The notes under the pieces are model-generated. The model searched no databases. It saw only the letters and a list, made by a program, of their open reading frames with translations, and was not told where the DNA came from. Below, piece by piece: positions 1 through 9,938 of a stretch of 51,041 bases of DNA; the first letter of the stretch is position 1, and every line of letters begins with the position of its first letter. Position numbers and translations under genes: made by a program. Source of the stretch: Anaerolineaceae bacterium UBA5838 (lineage in GTDB: Bacteria; Chloroflexota; Anaerolineae; Anaerolineales; Anaerolineaceae). The DNA is taken from positions 203 to 51,243 of the forward strand of contig DJGU01000092.1 of assembly GCA_002432795.1 (NCBI GenBank), written 5' to 3'.

Positions 1-152
1 CATTAAGACCAATTCAACATGGAAAAGGCCTGCCTTTTCCCTACGGGGTACGGGGATAAAATTAATGAGCACCTTGTAGGGTTTATGCCGTGCAAAGCCT
101 CCCCCGCAGGATGCGTCAACCAGGATGACATTAAGACCGAATCAATATGGAA
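1..152. repeat. Intergenic REP-like repeat copies. Direct repeat CATTAAGACC..ATGGAA at 1-24 and 129-152; 8-bp hairpin at 21-40; TTGTAGGG..CAGGATG module at 74-127.
   Basis: The two 24-nt copies match at about 21/24 positions by eye. GGAAAAGG-CCTG-CCTTTTCC is a perfect inverted repeat. The same TTGTAGGG / CAGGATG / TTAAGAC words recur in the tandem array at 50611-50928. Confidence 0.6.
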
Positions 153-183
153 TTGGCATTATCCGATTCATTGGCACAAGTGA

Positions 184-1356
184 TCACACAAATTCCTGAA
201 AAACCTGGTTGCCAAGCAATATCCCACCCCGCGTAAGCACCAGGTGCGGTCCATCAGGGAAAGTACGCCATTGCACCAGTTTCCTTGCAAGGATGCGTTC
301 CAGTTCCTTTGGGAAAACATCCACAATTCTATTACCAAAACGATCCGTGAATTCCTGGTCCGAAACTCCTTCCCTCGTCAGCCGCATCCCCAACATCATC
401 GTCTCCTGCTGCATCGTATAAGGATCCAACGTGAGAGTTTCGACTGCAGCCGGAAAATTGCCCTTTTCTGCAGAATGGATATTGCTCATTCTGTTGATGT
501 AATATTCAATTGATGACGTATTGGCTATGCGCAGACCATTGAGGCTGCTGTGCGCTCCCGCACCCACTCCCAAATAGGCTTGGTTCTTCCAATAGATCTT
601 ATTGTGCTGTGCCTCATAGTCTTTTCCCCTGGACCAGTTCGAAATCTCATAGTGAGAAAACCCCTTTTCAACCAGCAGATCCATCGCCAATTCGTACATA
701 TCCGCGCTCAGGTCCTCTGAGACAGGTTGAAGTTTGCCGCTCTGAACATCGTCAAAGAGCTGCGTTCCCGGTTCAAGTATCAGCGAGTAAAGTGAGAGAT
801 GATCAGGCTGGAGGGCAAGTGCCTGCTGCAGATTTGACTTCCAGCCGGCAAGGCTTTGCCCCGGGATACCAAACATCAGATCAAGGCTGATATTCTTGAA
901 CCCTGCCTGGCGTGCAGAATGGATTGACTCCACCGCCTGCGAAGAATTATGGATCCTTCCGAGCAGCACCAAATCACAGTCTGCAAAAGATTGGACCCCG
1001 ATGCTGAGCCGGTTCACTCCAGCTTTGAGTAATTTGGCAGTCAATTTCTGATCAAGAGTCCCAGGATTTGCTTCCAATGAAATTTCAGCGTGCTTAGCCA
1101 AACCATATTCGCTGCGTATGCAGTCGATCAGGGTTTCAATCCACCCACCTTTCATTAAGGAAGGCGTTCCACCGCCGAAAAAGACCGTGTCCACCTGACG
1201 CGGAAAACCCTGCAGATTTTTTGCCTGATGCCTCAGTTCTGTCATTAAGGCAGCAATATAACCTGGCATAAATTTTTCTTTGCCAGCATACGTGATAAAA
1301 TCACAGTACTTACACCTTCTGAGACAGAAGGGAATATGGAGATAAATACCAAACAT
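184..1356 (-). CDS. hemW: Radical SAM heme chaperone / oxygen-independent coproporphyrinogen oxidase-like protein (HemW/HemN family)
   Basis: The CxxxCxxC radical-SAM motif is present in YLHIPFCLRRCKYCDF, followed by GGGTPS and a HemN-type C-terminal domain. The track ORF runs to 1443. I use the ATG at 1356 (MFGIYLHIPFC), which gives the usual short N-terminus and removes the overlap with the divergent gene at 1402. Confidence 0.85.
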   Translation of the reverse strand: MFGIYLHIPFCLRRCKYCDFITYAGKEKFMPGYIAALMTELRHQAKNLQGFPRQVDTVFFGGGTPSLMKGGWIETLIDCIRSEYGLAKHAEISLEANPGTLDQKLTAKLLKAGVNRLSIGVQSFADCDLVLLGRIHNSSQAVESIHSARQAGFKNISLDLMFGIPGQSLAGWKSNLQQALALQPDHLSLYSLILEPGTQLFDDVQSGKLQPVSEDLSADMYELAMDLLVEKGFSHYEISNWSRGKDYEAQHNKIYWKNQAYLGVGAGAHSSLNGLRIANTSSIEYYINRMSNIHSAEKGNFPAAVETLTLDPYTMQQETMMLGMRLTREGVSDQEFTDRFGNRIVDVFPKELERILARKLVQWRTFPDGPHLVLTRGGILLGNQVFQEFV

Positions 1357-1401
1357 TGAGCCAATTTTACCAAGATCTATTGGCTCGGTTATTAGAAGCC
1401 T

Positions 1402-2565
1402 ATGAAAAAAATTCAAACTGAAAAAATAAGCCGTGGAAGTCAAAATTGCCCGATTTGCGGCACACGTATCTCAGAAACTGCCACCCGCTGCCTGGTCTGC
1501 GGCACAGTCCTCGACGGAACTGCCAGCCCCAAGAAGGAAAGCCCGATTGACTCAAAACGCATTCCTGAAGTAAAGATGAGCCTGGGAGCATTGATCGGAT
1601 TAGGGGTTCTGATCCTCGCTTTAATCGGTGTGGTAATCTTTCTGGTGATTAACCAGGATCGTGCTGGCACTCCAGCAGCTCCACTCATCGACGAACCCAC
1701 CCAAACATCTACACCAACGATGACCCTCACCCCCACTAACACTCCCACCCTTCAACCGGAACCTACCTGGACGCCCTTACCGGACCTGGATTATGTCGTA
1801 AAAGCCAACGAAACCTGCTTGGATATCGCCGCCCAATTTCGGGTTTCCGTGCAGAGCATCATCCTGGCCAACAATCTGGGCACCGATTGTATGATCAGTG
1901 AAGGTCAAACACTCAAAGTCCCCCAACCCACTCTGACTCCCTCTCCGGTGCCAACCGCGACCCCTGAGGCAATCGAAATCGCAGCAGACATTTGCACCAA
2001 CACCGTTTCGATCGTTGTTTCCTCCAGCGATACACTACAAGGCATCGCATTAAATTACAACGTCTCGATGAAGGATATCCAGGATTTCAACAATCTGTCT
2101 GGCACTACCATTCGCCAGGGTCAAACGCTGATTGTCCCCCTATGCGATCGACTTCCCACACCAGGACCCACACTGACCCCAACGCCATTGCCGCCTTACC
2201 CAGCGCCAAACCTGCTTTTGCCACGCTCCGGCGCCGCCTTTTCGGCAACCGACGAAAGCGTAACCTTGCAATGGGCGGCGGTGGCTGCTTTACGCTCAGA
2301 CGAAGTTTATCGTGTAAAAGTACAGGATCTTACTTCAGTTGAAGAAAAAATTCTGGTTGCTTATGTCACCGATACCAAGTACATCCTGCCTGCAACATTC
2401 CGCCCCATAGATGGAAATCCACACATCATACAGTGGAGTGTGACAGTTGCAAGACAGATAAACCAGGATAATAATAATCCGATTTATGAAGAAGCCGGTG
2501 CCACAAGCGCATTCCGGGTCTTCAGTTGGATTGGTACTGGCATACAGCCGACCACGTCGCCGTAA
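1402..2565 (+). CDS. Membrane-anchored LysM-domain protein: N-terminal zinc ribbon, one TM helix, Pro/Thr-rich linkers, two LysM repeats
   Basis: CPICG..x..CLVCG forms a zinc-ribbon pair. The hydrophobic stretch is LGALIGLGVLILALIGVVIFLV, followed by PT-rich linkers. Two LysM-like segments are present (YVVKANETCLDIAAQF..GQTLKVP and VSSSDTLQGIALNYN..GQTLIVP). Confidence 0.75.
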   Translation: MKKIQTEKISRGSQNCPICGTRISETATRCLVCGTVLDGTASPKKESPIDSKRIPEVKMSLGALIGLGVLILALIGVVIFLVINQDRAGTPAAPLIDEPTQTSTPTMTLTPTNTPTLQPEPTWTPLPDLDYVVKANETCLDIAAQFRVSVQSIILANNLGTDCMISEGQTLKVPQPTLTPSPVPTATPEAIEIAADICTNTVSIVVSSSDTLQGIALNYNVSMKDIQDFNNLSGTTIRQGQTLIVPLCDRLPTPGPTLTPTPLPPYPAPNLLLPRSGAAFSATDESVTLQWAAVAALRSDEVYRVKVQDLTSVEEKILVAYVTDTKYILPATFRPIDGNPHIIQWSVTVARQINQDNNNPIYEEAGATSAFRVFSWIGTGIQPTTSP

Positions 2566-2571
2566 ATAAGC

Positions 2572-3510
2572 CTAAAGCCCGCACGACATATTTTCGAGAC
2601 AATGCGTCGCTGAAATTGCCGCAGCTGCTCCCATGCCAGCTGATGTAACAACCTGTCGGAAATGCGGGTCGGCAATTTCACCTGCTGCAAAAACACTCTT
2701 TTTACTGGTTTCCAGATGCTCATCAATTTTCAGCGTTCCGCCTGGTTCCATCTCGAGTTGCCCTTCAAAAAAAGTAGTATTCGGGCTGTGACCTATGAAA
2801 ATGAACAGTCCTTCAGTGGGCATCAAGCTCTTTTCGCCTGTTTTGACATTTTCGATCAAGAGCTCTTCCACACCCTCACTACCCCTGATTTCATTGACAA
2901 CCGAATCAAAAAGAAAACTGATCTTTGGGTTGGTTCTGGCCCGGTTCTCCAGGATGGCTCCGGCTCGCAAGGTGTCGCGCCTGTGAATAATTGTCACGCT
3001 GTGAGCAAACCGTGTCAGGAAGAGGGCTTCTTCGAGGGCGCTGTCGCCGCCGCCCACAACATGGATGTCTTTGTCCTTGTAGAACCAGCCATCGCAGGTC
3101 CCGCAGTACGAAACGCCTCTCCCGATAAATTCCTCTTCTCCAGGAACGTTAAGCCTTTTGTTGTTTGCCCCCATGGCAATGATCAACGCGTCAGCGGTAT
3201 AGTCCCCGCCATACACGCTGACTGTGTAGGGATGCCTGGAAAGATCTACAGCCTGAACTTCGTCAACTAAAAACTCCGCTCCAAAAGCTTTCGCCTGCTC
3301 CTCAAAGAGTTGACCAAGCTCCATACCCCCAACCCCTTTTGGGAAACCAGGATAATTTTCTATCGTATGAGTCAACGAAGATTGCCCATAAAGGACCATG
3401 CCAGTAATCACCAGGGGCTTCAATTCTGCCCGGGCTGCATAGATCGCAGCGGATAGCCCTGCAGGGCCAGCCCCCAAGATTATCAATTGTCTGTGTTCAA
3501 TCAAACCCAT
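2572..3510 (-). CDS. trxB: Thioredoxin-disulfide reductase
   Basis: FAD motif GAGPAGLSAAIYAARA, redox-active CGTC in SYCGTCDGWFY, NADPH motif VVGGGDSALEEALFL. Length is 312 aa. A strong GGAGAGG Shine-Dalgarno lies upstream of the ATG. Confidence 0.9.
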   Translation of the reverse strand: MGLIEHRQLIILGAGPAGLSAAIYAARAELKPLVITGMVLYGQSSLTHTIENYPGFPKGVGGMELGQLFEEQAKAFGAEFLVDEVQAVDLSRHPYTVSVYGGDYTADALIIAMGANNKRLNVPGEEEFIGRGVSYCGTCDGWFYKDKDIHVVGGGDSALEEALFLTRFAHSVTIIHRRDTLRAGAILENRARTNPKISFLFDSVVNEIRGSEGVEELLIENVKTGEKSLMPTEGLFIFIGHSPNTTFFEGQLEMEPGGTLKIDEHLETSKKSVFAAGEIADPHFRQVVTSAGMGAAAAISATHCLENMSCGL

Positions 3511-3689
3511 TTGTCAGCTTACCTCTCCTGCCCGAATTTCCTCATCAGTGATAGTATGCGCCAGATCATTCACACAGAATGCCTCATCGGCTTTTTTATC
3601 TGTGATGATGGGGGAAGAATTGATCGGGAGCATTTTTTAACTCTATGAAGAATGTCGTCAATATTGTACTCTGTTTACCTACAAACCAT

Positions 3690-3782
3690 CAGTGTAAAGA
3701 ATATTCAGTAAATTGACTAGTAGAAAGATCACGGTACCCTTTCAACATTTTAGCAAACCAAGATAGGAAAACGATATCAATC
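3690..3782 (-). promoter_or_regulatory. Conserved non-coding element, copy A (upstream of trxB); paralogous to 30958-31051
   Basis: About 80% identity over ~93 nt by eye with copy B, in the same orientation relative to the downstream minus-strand gene. The shared core on the minus strand is TTGAAAGGrTACCGTGATCT. A possible -10 TACACT sits at the gene-proximal end. Confidence 0.5.
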
Positions 3783-4207
3783 CTGGGACATGCCAATCTC
3801 CCGGATCACCTTCAGTGGACTGTCCACGAATGCGCGGTCAGGTTCTTACTGCTTCGATGTGCCGGAAAACACATCAGTCAGAAGGTAAGAGGTTTGGCAG
3901 CAAAGACGTCAAATACTTGTAGCAGGTCCTATATCGATTGTCGGTAGAGAAGCGCGTGTGTGCTTAAGAAAAAGAACATTCCTTCAACAAAACCGGTATT
4001 TTTATGGCTTGCCGGTTAAAATAAGGGCAGAAACCGCTGGTTTGTTAGGTGAATTCAACCGATGGGATCGTGAAAAATTTCCGATGAGGAAAAACAAGAA
4101 TGGTACTTTCAAACTTAAACTTTGACTCCAACCAGGCGGAGAACCGTCCAATTGAAATTACTTGCTTGCTTGCCCTTAAATGAATATTAATGACAGGAGA
4201 GTGAAGT

Positions 4208-6907
4208 GTGAAAAAGACAGCCGAACAACTACGACTTGAAGAGTATCACACCCGGAAAAAGAATTGGAAAAGATGGGGTCCCTACCTGAGCGAACGCGCC
4301 TGGGGTACAGTGCGTGAGGATTATAGCAAAACAGGAACCCCCTGGGAATATTTTCCGCATGATCATGCCCGCAGTCGTGCATACCGTTGGAATGAAGATG
4401 GTTTGGCTGGGATCAGTGATCGTTTTCAGTATCTTTGTTTTGCTCTGGCGCTGTGGAATGGAAAGGATCCCATTTTGAAAGAGCGCCTATTTGGATTGAA
4501 CGGATCCGAGGGAAATCATGGTGAGGATGTAAAAGAATATTACTACTATCTCGATAACACTCCCACGCACAGTTACATGAAGTATTTGTATAAGTGCCCC
4601 CAGAATACTTTCCCTTATGACAATTTGGTCAACACAAACCGCGAACGATACAAACAAGGCGAAGAATTCGAATTGGTTGATACAGGGATATTTGATCAGA
4701 AGAAATATTTTGACATTACGGTCGAGTATGCCAAGATCAACGAAAATGACATCCTTATCAGGATTAGTGCGGTCAATAATGGGCCTGAGCCTGCAGACCT
4801 TCATCTTCTTCCCACCTTATGGTACCGCAACACCTGGAGTTGTGGGTATGACTCCGGACCAATGGGGGATGTGGCTGAAAGACCGCTTCTTACCCAATTA
4901 AATAATTCAGGAAAAGAAGCGATAATCCAGGCTGAGCATCCGGTGTTGGGCGAATATTGGTTTTATGCGGAGGGTGTTTCGGACTTTCTTTTTACTGAGA
5001 ATGAGACCAATCAGCAGCGATTGTTTGGCTTGGCAAATGACAATCCTTACAAGAAAGATTCCTTTCATCGCTACCTGGTCGATGGTGAGTTGGAGTCTGT
5101 GAATCCAGAAAAGAGAGGTACCAAGGCTGCCGCATATTACCAGTTAACTCTGCAACCAGGAGAAACGAAAACCATTCGTATGCGTCTCTCAGACCACATC
5201 GTCCAGAAACCTTTTTATCAATTTGACAGGAATTTTAGTGCTCGAAAAGTTGATGCTGATAAATTCTATGAAACGTTTCAATCATCCACCATATCTGCGG
5301 ACAGGCAAAACATTCAACGCCAAGCGTATGCGGGTGTGTTGTGGAACAAACAACTCTACTACTATGATATTGAACAATGGCTGAAGGGCGATCCGTCATT
5401 TCCGATAGATTCTCCAAACCGGAAAAAAGGTCGTAACCATGAATGGATACATCTGAATAATTTTGACATTCTTTCCATGCCGGATAAATGGGAATACCCC
5501 TGGTATGCTGCCTGGGATTTGGCTTTTCACGCACTTCCACTAGCGCAAATTGATGCCGACTTTGCCAAACGGCAACTCATTCTGATGACACGCGAATGGT
5601 ATATGCACCCCAATGGGCAACTACCCGCCTACGAATGGTCTTTTGGCGATGTTAACCCTCCCGTACACGCCTGGGCTGCCTGGCGTGTTTACCAGATCGA
5701 CGGTGAACGGTCCGGCAATTATGACTGCAGTTTTTTGGAAAGCGTATTTCAAAAATTGCTTTTGAATTTTACCTGGTGGACGAATCGGAAAGATGCAGAT
5801 GGCAACAATATTTTCCAGGGTGGTTTCCTTGGATTAGATAATATCAGTCTGTTCGATCGAAGCGCGCAATTGCCTACCGGCGGTCACATAGACCAGTCAG
5901 ACGGAACGACATGGATGGCATTTTACAGTCTTGGCATGCTCGAAATAGCGCTTGAGCTGGCAAAGACAAACCCTGTCTACCAGGATCTGGCCTCTAAATT
6001 TTACGAACACTTTTTGGGGATTGCCACGGCGATGACAGATTGCGGTGGGCAGGGGCACTGCCTTTGGAATGAAGATGACAATTTCTTTTATGATGTTTTA
6101 CACCTTCCAGATGACAGCATTATCCCGCTAAAAGTGCGGTCACTGGTCGGACTCATGCCAATTTTGGCAGTGGACATCCTTGAGCCGGAAATTCTGGAAC
6201 AAATGCCGGATTTCACGCGCAGAATGCGTTGGTTTACAGAACAAAGACCTCACTTAAGCGGAAATATGGCGAGCGTTGAAGTTGAAGGGGTTGGGCAGCG
6301 CCATATTGTATCGTTATTAACAAAAGAGCGTCTTCTTTCAATTTTACGCCTCATGCTCGATCCAAATGAATTTCTTTCCGAGTTTGGGATCAGATCACTT
6401 TCCAGGTACCACCTGGAAAATCCGTATTCAGTTAATATTGCCGGCAAGGTCTTTAGTATTAACTATCAACCGGGTGAATCCGAAGACGGTATGTTTGGCG
6501 GAAATTCGAATTGGCGGGGTCCAATCTGGTTTCCAATCAATTATCTGATCATTGAATCTTTAAAAAAGTTCCATCAGTATTACGGCGATGATCTTCAAGT
6601 GGAATGTCCTACAGGCTCAGGTATTTTTATGAACTTAGAGCAAGTAGCGGATAATCTTGCTGGGCGATTAATCAAGATATTCGAACCAGACAGTTCTGGA
6701 AGGCGGCCCGTATTTGGAAATTCACAAATATTTCAGGAAGACCCTCTATGGCGTGAACACATCCTGTTCTATGAGTACTTTCACGGTGAAACAGGCGCGG
6801 GCTTGGGTGCCAGCCACCAAACCGGATGGACGGGATTGGTTGCGAACCTCATCCAACAAGTAGAAGAGACTCGTGCGGCGAAAAACTCAAACACAACGGT
6901 CAGGTGA
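4208..6907 (+). CDS. GH63-like / MGH1-like (alpha/alpha)6 glucosidase family protein
   Basis: 899-aa ORF with a GTG start preceded by AGGAGAG. Its size, the WEYPWYAAWD segment and the C-terminal FYEYFHGETGAGLGASHQTGWTGLVANL resemble bacterial GH63-type glucosidases. This is family recognition from memory, not a search. Confidence 0.7.
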   Translation: MKKTAEQLRLEEYHTRKKNWKRWGPYLSERAWGTVREDYSKTGTPWEYFPHDHARSRAYRWNEDGLAGISDRFQYLCFALALWNGKDPILKERLFGLNGSEGNHGEDVKEYYYYLDNTPTHSYMKYLYKCPQNTFPYDNLVNTNRERYKQGEEFELVDTGIFDQKKYFDITVEYAKINENDILIRISAVNNGPEPADLHLLPTLWYRNTWSCGYDSGPMGDVAERPLLTQLNNSGKEAIIQAEHPVLGEYWFYAEGVSDFLFTENETNQQRLFGLANDNPYKKDSFHRYLVDGELESVNPEKRGTKAAAYYQLTLQPGETKTIRMRLSDHIVQKPFYQFDRNFSARKVDADKFYETFQSSTISADRQNIQRQAYAGVLWNKQLYYYDIEQWLKGDPSFPIDSPNRKKGRNHEWIHLNNFDILSMPDKWEYPWYAAWDLAFHALPLAQIDADFAKRQLILMTREWYMHPNGQLPAYEWSFGDVNPPVHAWAAWRVYQIDGERSGNYDCSFLESVFQKLLLNFTWWTNRKDADGNNIFQGGFLGLDNISLFDRSAQLPTGGHIDQSDGTTWMAFYSLGMLEIALELAKTNPVYQDLASKFYEHFLGIATAMTDCGGQGHCLWNEDDNFFYDVLHLPDDSIIPLKVRSLVGLMPILAVDILEPEILEQMPDFTRRMRWFTEQRPHLSGNMASVEVEGVGQRHIVSLLTKERLLSILRLMLDPNEFLSEFGIRSLSRYHLENPYSVNIAGKVFSINYQPGESEDGMFGGNSNWRGPIWFPINYLIIESLKKFHQYYGDDLQVECPTGSGIFMNLEQVADNLAGRLIKIFEPDSSGRRPVFGNSQIFQEDPLWREHILFYEYFHGETGAGLGASHQTGWTGLVANLIQQVEETRAAKNSNTTVR

Positions 6908-6910
6908 ACA

Positions 6911-7648
6911 ATGGACTTTCCAATTTTAAAAAGTGCTCCTCCACATGTTGACACCCCTCAAATGATCGAAGTTGATCGCCTGATGGTTGAGGAATATTAC
7001 ATCGATCTTGTGCAAATGATGGAAAATGCCGGGCGTAACCTGGCAAGGCTGGCAGTAAACCGTTTTCTACAGAACGGAGCGAACCTTGTGGTAATCATGG
7101 CAGGAACAGGAGGGAACGGAGGGGGTGCCATGGTTGCCGCGCGTCATTTACATAATTGGGGAAAAAGCGTGAGAGTCATTCTCACCCGCTCTCAACAATT
7201 GTTTAAGGGCGTTCCCGCGCATCAGGTAGAGATATTACAGAATATGCGCGTCACTACCTCCACGTTTACCGATACACGGGATATCCCTGTCCCAGATTTG
7301 ATTATCGATGGGTTGATCGGATACAGCCTGAAGGGTTCGCCTTCTGGAAAGGCGGCTGAACTCATACGATGGGCAAACCTCCAAAAAGTGCCTGTGCTTT
7401 CTTTGGATATTCCCTCAGGATTGGATGCCTCCACCGGTATTGCTCATGAGCCAGTAATCAATGCGAATGCTACTATGACCCTTGCACTTCCAAAGAAAGG
7501 GTTCCTGACACCTGGTGCAAAATCACTTATCGGAGAACTATATCTTGCAGATATTGGTGTTCCTCCAGAGCTATACGCGAAACCTTCGTTAAACCTTGAT
7601 ATGGAGCCATTGTTTTCTTCTGGTGAAATTCTTCGGTTAGCGTTGTAG
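6911..7648 (+). CDS. NAD(P)H-hydrate epimerase (YjeF N-terminal domain only)
   Basis: IMAGTGGNGGGAMVAARHL and DGLIGYSLKG are typical of the YjeF_N family. Starts 3 nt after the GH63 stop. Confidence 0.75.
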   Translation: MDFPILKSAPPHVDTPQMIEVDRLMVEEYYIDLVQMMENAGRNLARLAVNRFLQNGANLVVIMAGTGGNGGGAMVAARHLHNWGKSVRVILTRSQQLFKGVPAHQVEILQNMRVTTSTFTDTRDIPVPDLIIDGLIGYSLKGSPSGKAAELIRWANLQKVPVLSLDIPSGLDASTGIAHEPVINANATMTLALPKKGFLTPGAKSLIGELYLADIGVPPELYAKPSLNLDMEPLFSSGEILRLAL

Positions 7649-7781
7649 AGACGGTAATTTTGCTGAATTTGCAAGCGAGTCAATTCCTGGTTGCCAAACC
7701 GTATGAAAACAGTGGTCAAATCTGAGTAAGACGAGATAAAGTGTCAGGTCTGTGATTAGTAACTGTTAAGTTAAGGAGAAT

Positions 7782-9815
7782 ATGTCAAATCATTTAGTTA
7801 ATTCCACGTCACCTTATCTGCTGCAACATGCTGAAAATCCGGTTGATTGGTACCCCTGGGCGAAAGAATCGCTGGAAAAAGCGCGTGTTGAGGATAAACC
7901 CATTTTCTTAAGCATTGGATATTCAGCCTGTCATTGGTGCCATGTGATGGCACATGAATCATTTGAAGATCCTGAAGTTGCTGCGATTATGAATAACAAC
8001 TTCATCAACATCAAGGTTGATCGAGAGGAACGCCCCGACCTGGATAGTATTTATATGTCTGCCGTTGTCAGCTTAACCGGTCAGGGAGGTTGGCCAATGT
8101 CGGTTTTCTTGACCCCGGAACTTATCCCTTTTTATGGAGGGACATACTTTCCTCCGCAGCCTCGATACGGTATGCCTGCTTTCAAAGATGTCTTGATTCA
8201 GCTTGCCGGGTTATGGAAAGATGACCGGGCTCAGATTCTGCAGGCCGGGAAAAATTTGGTGTCTGCCCTATCGAGTAAATCGGAAAGAGAAACTTCATCC
8301 GGATCAATTTCAAAAGAAGGATTGGCAAAAGCAACGCGTGAGTTGATCAAGACTTATGATTGGCAGCATGGTGGATGGGGAAGAGCGCCTAAATTTCCGC
8401 AGCCCATGGCACTTGATTTCCTTCTACGTCGTCATGTCGGGGGTGATGCCGGAGCGCTGCAGGTGGTTGCGCATGCCTTAAATGCCATGGCGCGTGGGGG
8501 AATGTATGATGTTCTTGGTGGAGGGTTCTCCAGATATTCAACAGACAATGATTGGCTGATTCCTCACTTCGAAAAAATGCTCTACGATAATGCCCAATTA
8601 AGCCTGGTCTACCTACATGCCTGGCAAATTACCAGGAATCCCCTGTATCGTAAGGTAGTCGAACAAACTCTCGACTTTGTAAAAAAAGAAATGCTTGATC
8701 CAGATGGAGGGTTCTACTCCAGCCTGGACGCTGACTCAGAAGGCATCGAAGGGAAGTATTACGTTTGGACCCTTGATGAAATCAGAAAGGCATTTGGAGA
8801 AAAAGACGACCTCTTTGAATCCGCCTATGGGATAACATCTGCAGGGAATTGGGAAGGCAAGATCGTTCTTCGGCGCGTAATGAGCGATTCGGAATTAGCA
8901 AGTCAGTTTAAATTGAATGTTGATGAGGTTCAATCCAGGCTTGCCGAACGGCAAGCCCAACTACTCACCGTGCGTAATAATCGCATCAGGCCCGGAACGG
9001 ATGACAAAGTGCTCACTTTTTGGAATGGGTTGATGCTCGCGACTTTTGCGGAAGCTACCAGAGCTTTTAATAACGCTGAGTATCTGCACATTGCTCAAAA
9101 CAATGCCAACTTTATCCTCACCTCTTTACGAGTGGAAGGCAATCTTCGCAGGGCCTGGAGGAAAGGGAGAGTGAGCGCAGAAGTATTCCTCGAAGACTAC
9201 GCGGCACTCATCCTGGGGTTGATCGAACTTTACCAGACAGACTTTGATAACCGCTGGTACCAGGAAGCATATGCACTAACCCAGGAAATGATTAACCTTT
9301 TCATCAATTCGAGAGGTGGCTTTTTTGATACAACCAGCGAAGCGGAAACTATCATTCAGCGACCTCAGGAGTTGCAAGACCATGCAACCCCTTCTGGAAA
9401 CGCCCTGGCGGTTGAAGCGCTGCTCAAAATGGCTGCCTTCTCGGAAAATGAAGAATACCACCAGCTTGCGGATAACGCATTTGGATTAATTGCCGATTTA
9501 TCTGCTGATTATCCGACGGCTTTCAGCCGCTGGCTTTCAGCTGCAGATTTCTATCTTAATCAAGTCAGGCAAATTGCTCTCATCGGAGAATTAGCAAACG
9601 GAAAATCAAAAATGTTCCTGCAAGAAATACGCCATAATTTCCTGCCAAACACAATAGTGGCTGTGTCAACATCTCCTCCCCCACATGGTTCGCCAAAACT
9701 GCTATCAGATCGACCAATGATTGGTGAAACAGCGACAGTTTATATTTGTGAAGGGTTTGTGTGCAAACAGCCGGTAATCACACATGAAAAATTACACGAA
9801 TTACTAAAAGAATAG
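7782..9815 (+). CDS. Thioredoxin-domain protein, YyaL/DUF255 family (N-terminal Trx fold plus six-hairpin domain)
   Basis: [28 protein letters not shown] and 677 aa. An AAGGAG Shine-Dalgarno lies upstream. Confidence 0.85.
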   Translation: MSNHLVNSTSPYLLQHAENPVDWYPWAKESLEKARVEDKPIFLSIGYSACHWCHVMAHESFEDPEVAAIMNNNFINIKVDREERPDLDSIYMSAVVSLTGQGGWPMSVFLTPELIPFYGGTYFPPQPRYGMPAFKDVLIQLAGLWKDDRAQILQAGKNLVSALSSKSERETSSGSISKEGLAKATRELIKTYDWQHGGWGRAPKFPQPMALDFLLRRHVGGDAGALQVVAHALNAMARGGMYDVLGGGFSRYSTDNDWLIPHFEKMLYDNAQLSLVYLHAWQITRNPLYRKVVEQTLDFVKKEMLDPDGGFYSSLDADSEGIEGKYYVWTLDEIRKAFGEKDDLFESAYGITSAGNWEGKIVLRRVMSDSELASQFKLNVDEVQSRLAERQAQLLTVRNNRIRPGTDDKVLTFWNGLMLATFAEATRAFNNAEYLHIAQNNANFILTSLRVEGNLRRAWRKGRVSAEVFLEDYAALILGLIELYQTDFDNRWYQEAYALTQEMINLFINSRGGFFDTTSEAETIIQRPQELQDHATPSGNALAVEALLKMAAFSENEEYHQLADNAFGLIADLSADYPTAFSRWLSAADFYLNQVRQIALIGELANGKSKMFLQEIRHNFLPNTIVAVSTSPPPHGSPKLLSDRPMIGETATVYICEGFVCKQPVITHEKLHELLKE

Positions 9816-9843
9816 TTACTGAAAATTGGATAGAAAAATACTC

Positions 9844-9871
9844 CTTGTTAATCAAAACAAGATTATTTTTT
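9844..9871 (+). terminator. Rho-independent terminator candidate after the yyaL-like gene
   Basis: CTTGTT-aatcaa-AACAAG hairpin followed by ATTATTTTTT. Confidence 0.5.
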
Positions 9872-9938
9872 GTCTGATCCGTCGAAGTTAAAACAACAAC
9901 CAAATCCACACTGATCGTTGTTTCAATTTCTTGGTTGT

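Noticed and set aside
1357-1443. The 29-codon N-terminal extension of the hemW ORF (start at 1443).
   Set aside because: It would overlap the divergent LysM gene start by 42 nt, and it adds a non-conserved leader before the HIPFC radical-SAM motif. The internal ATG at 1356 gives the usual architecture.
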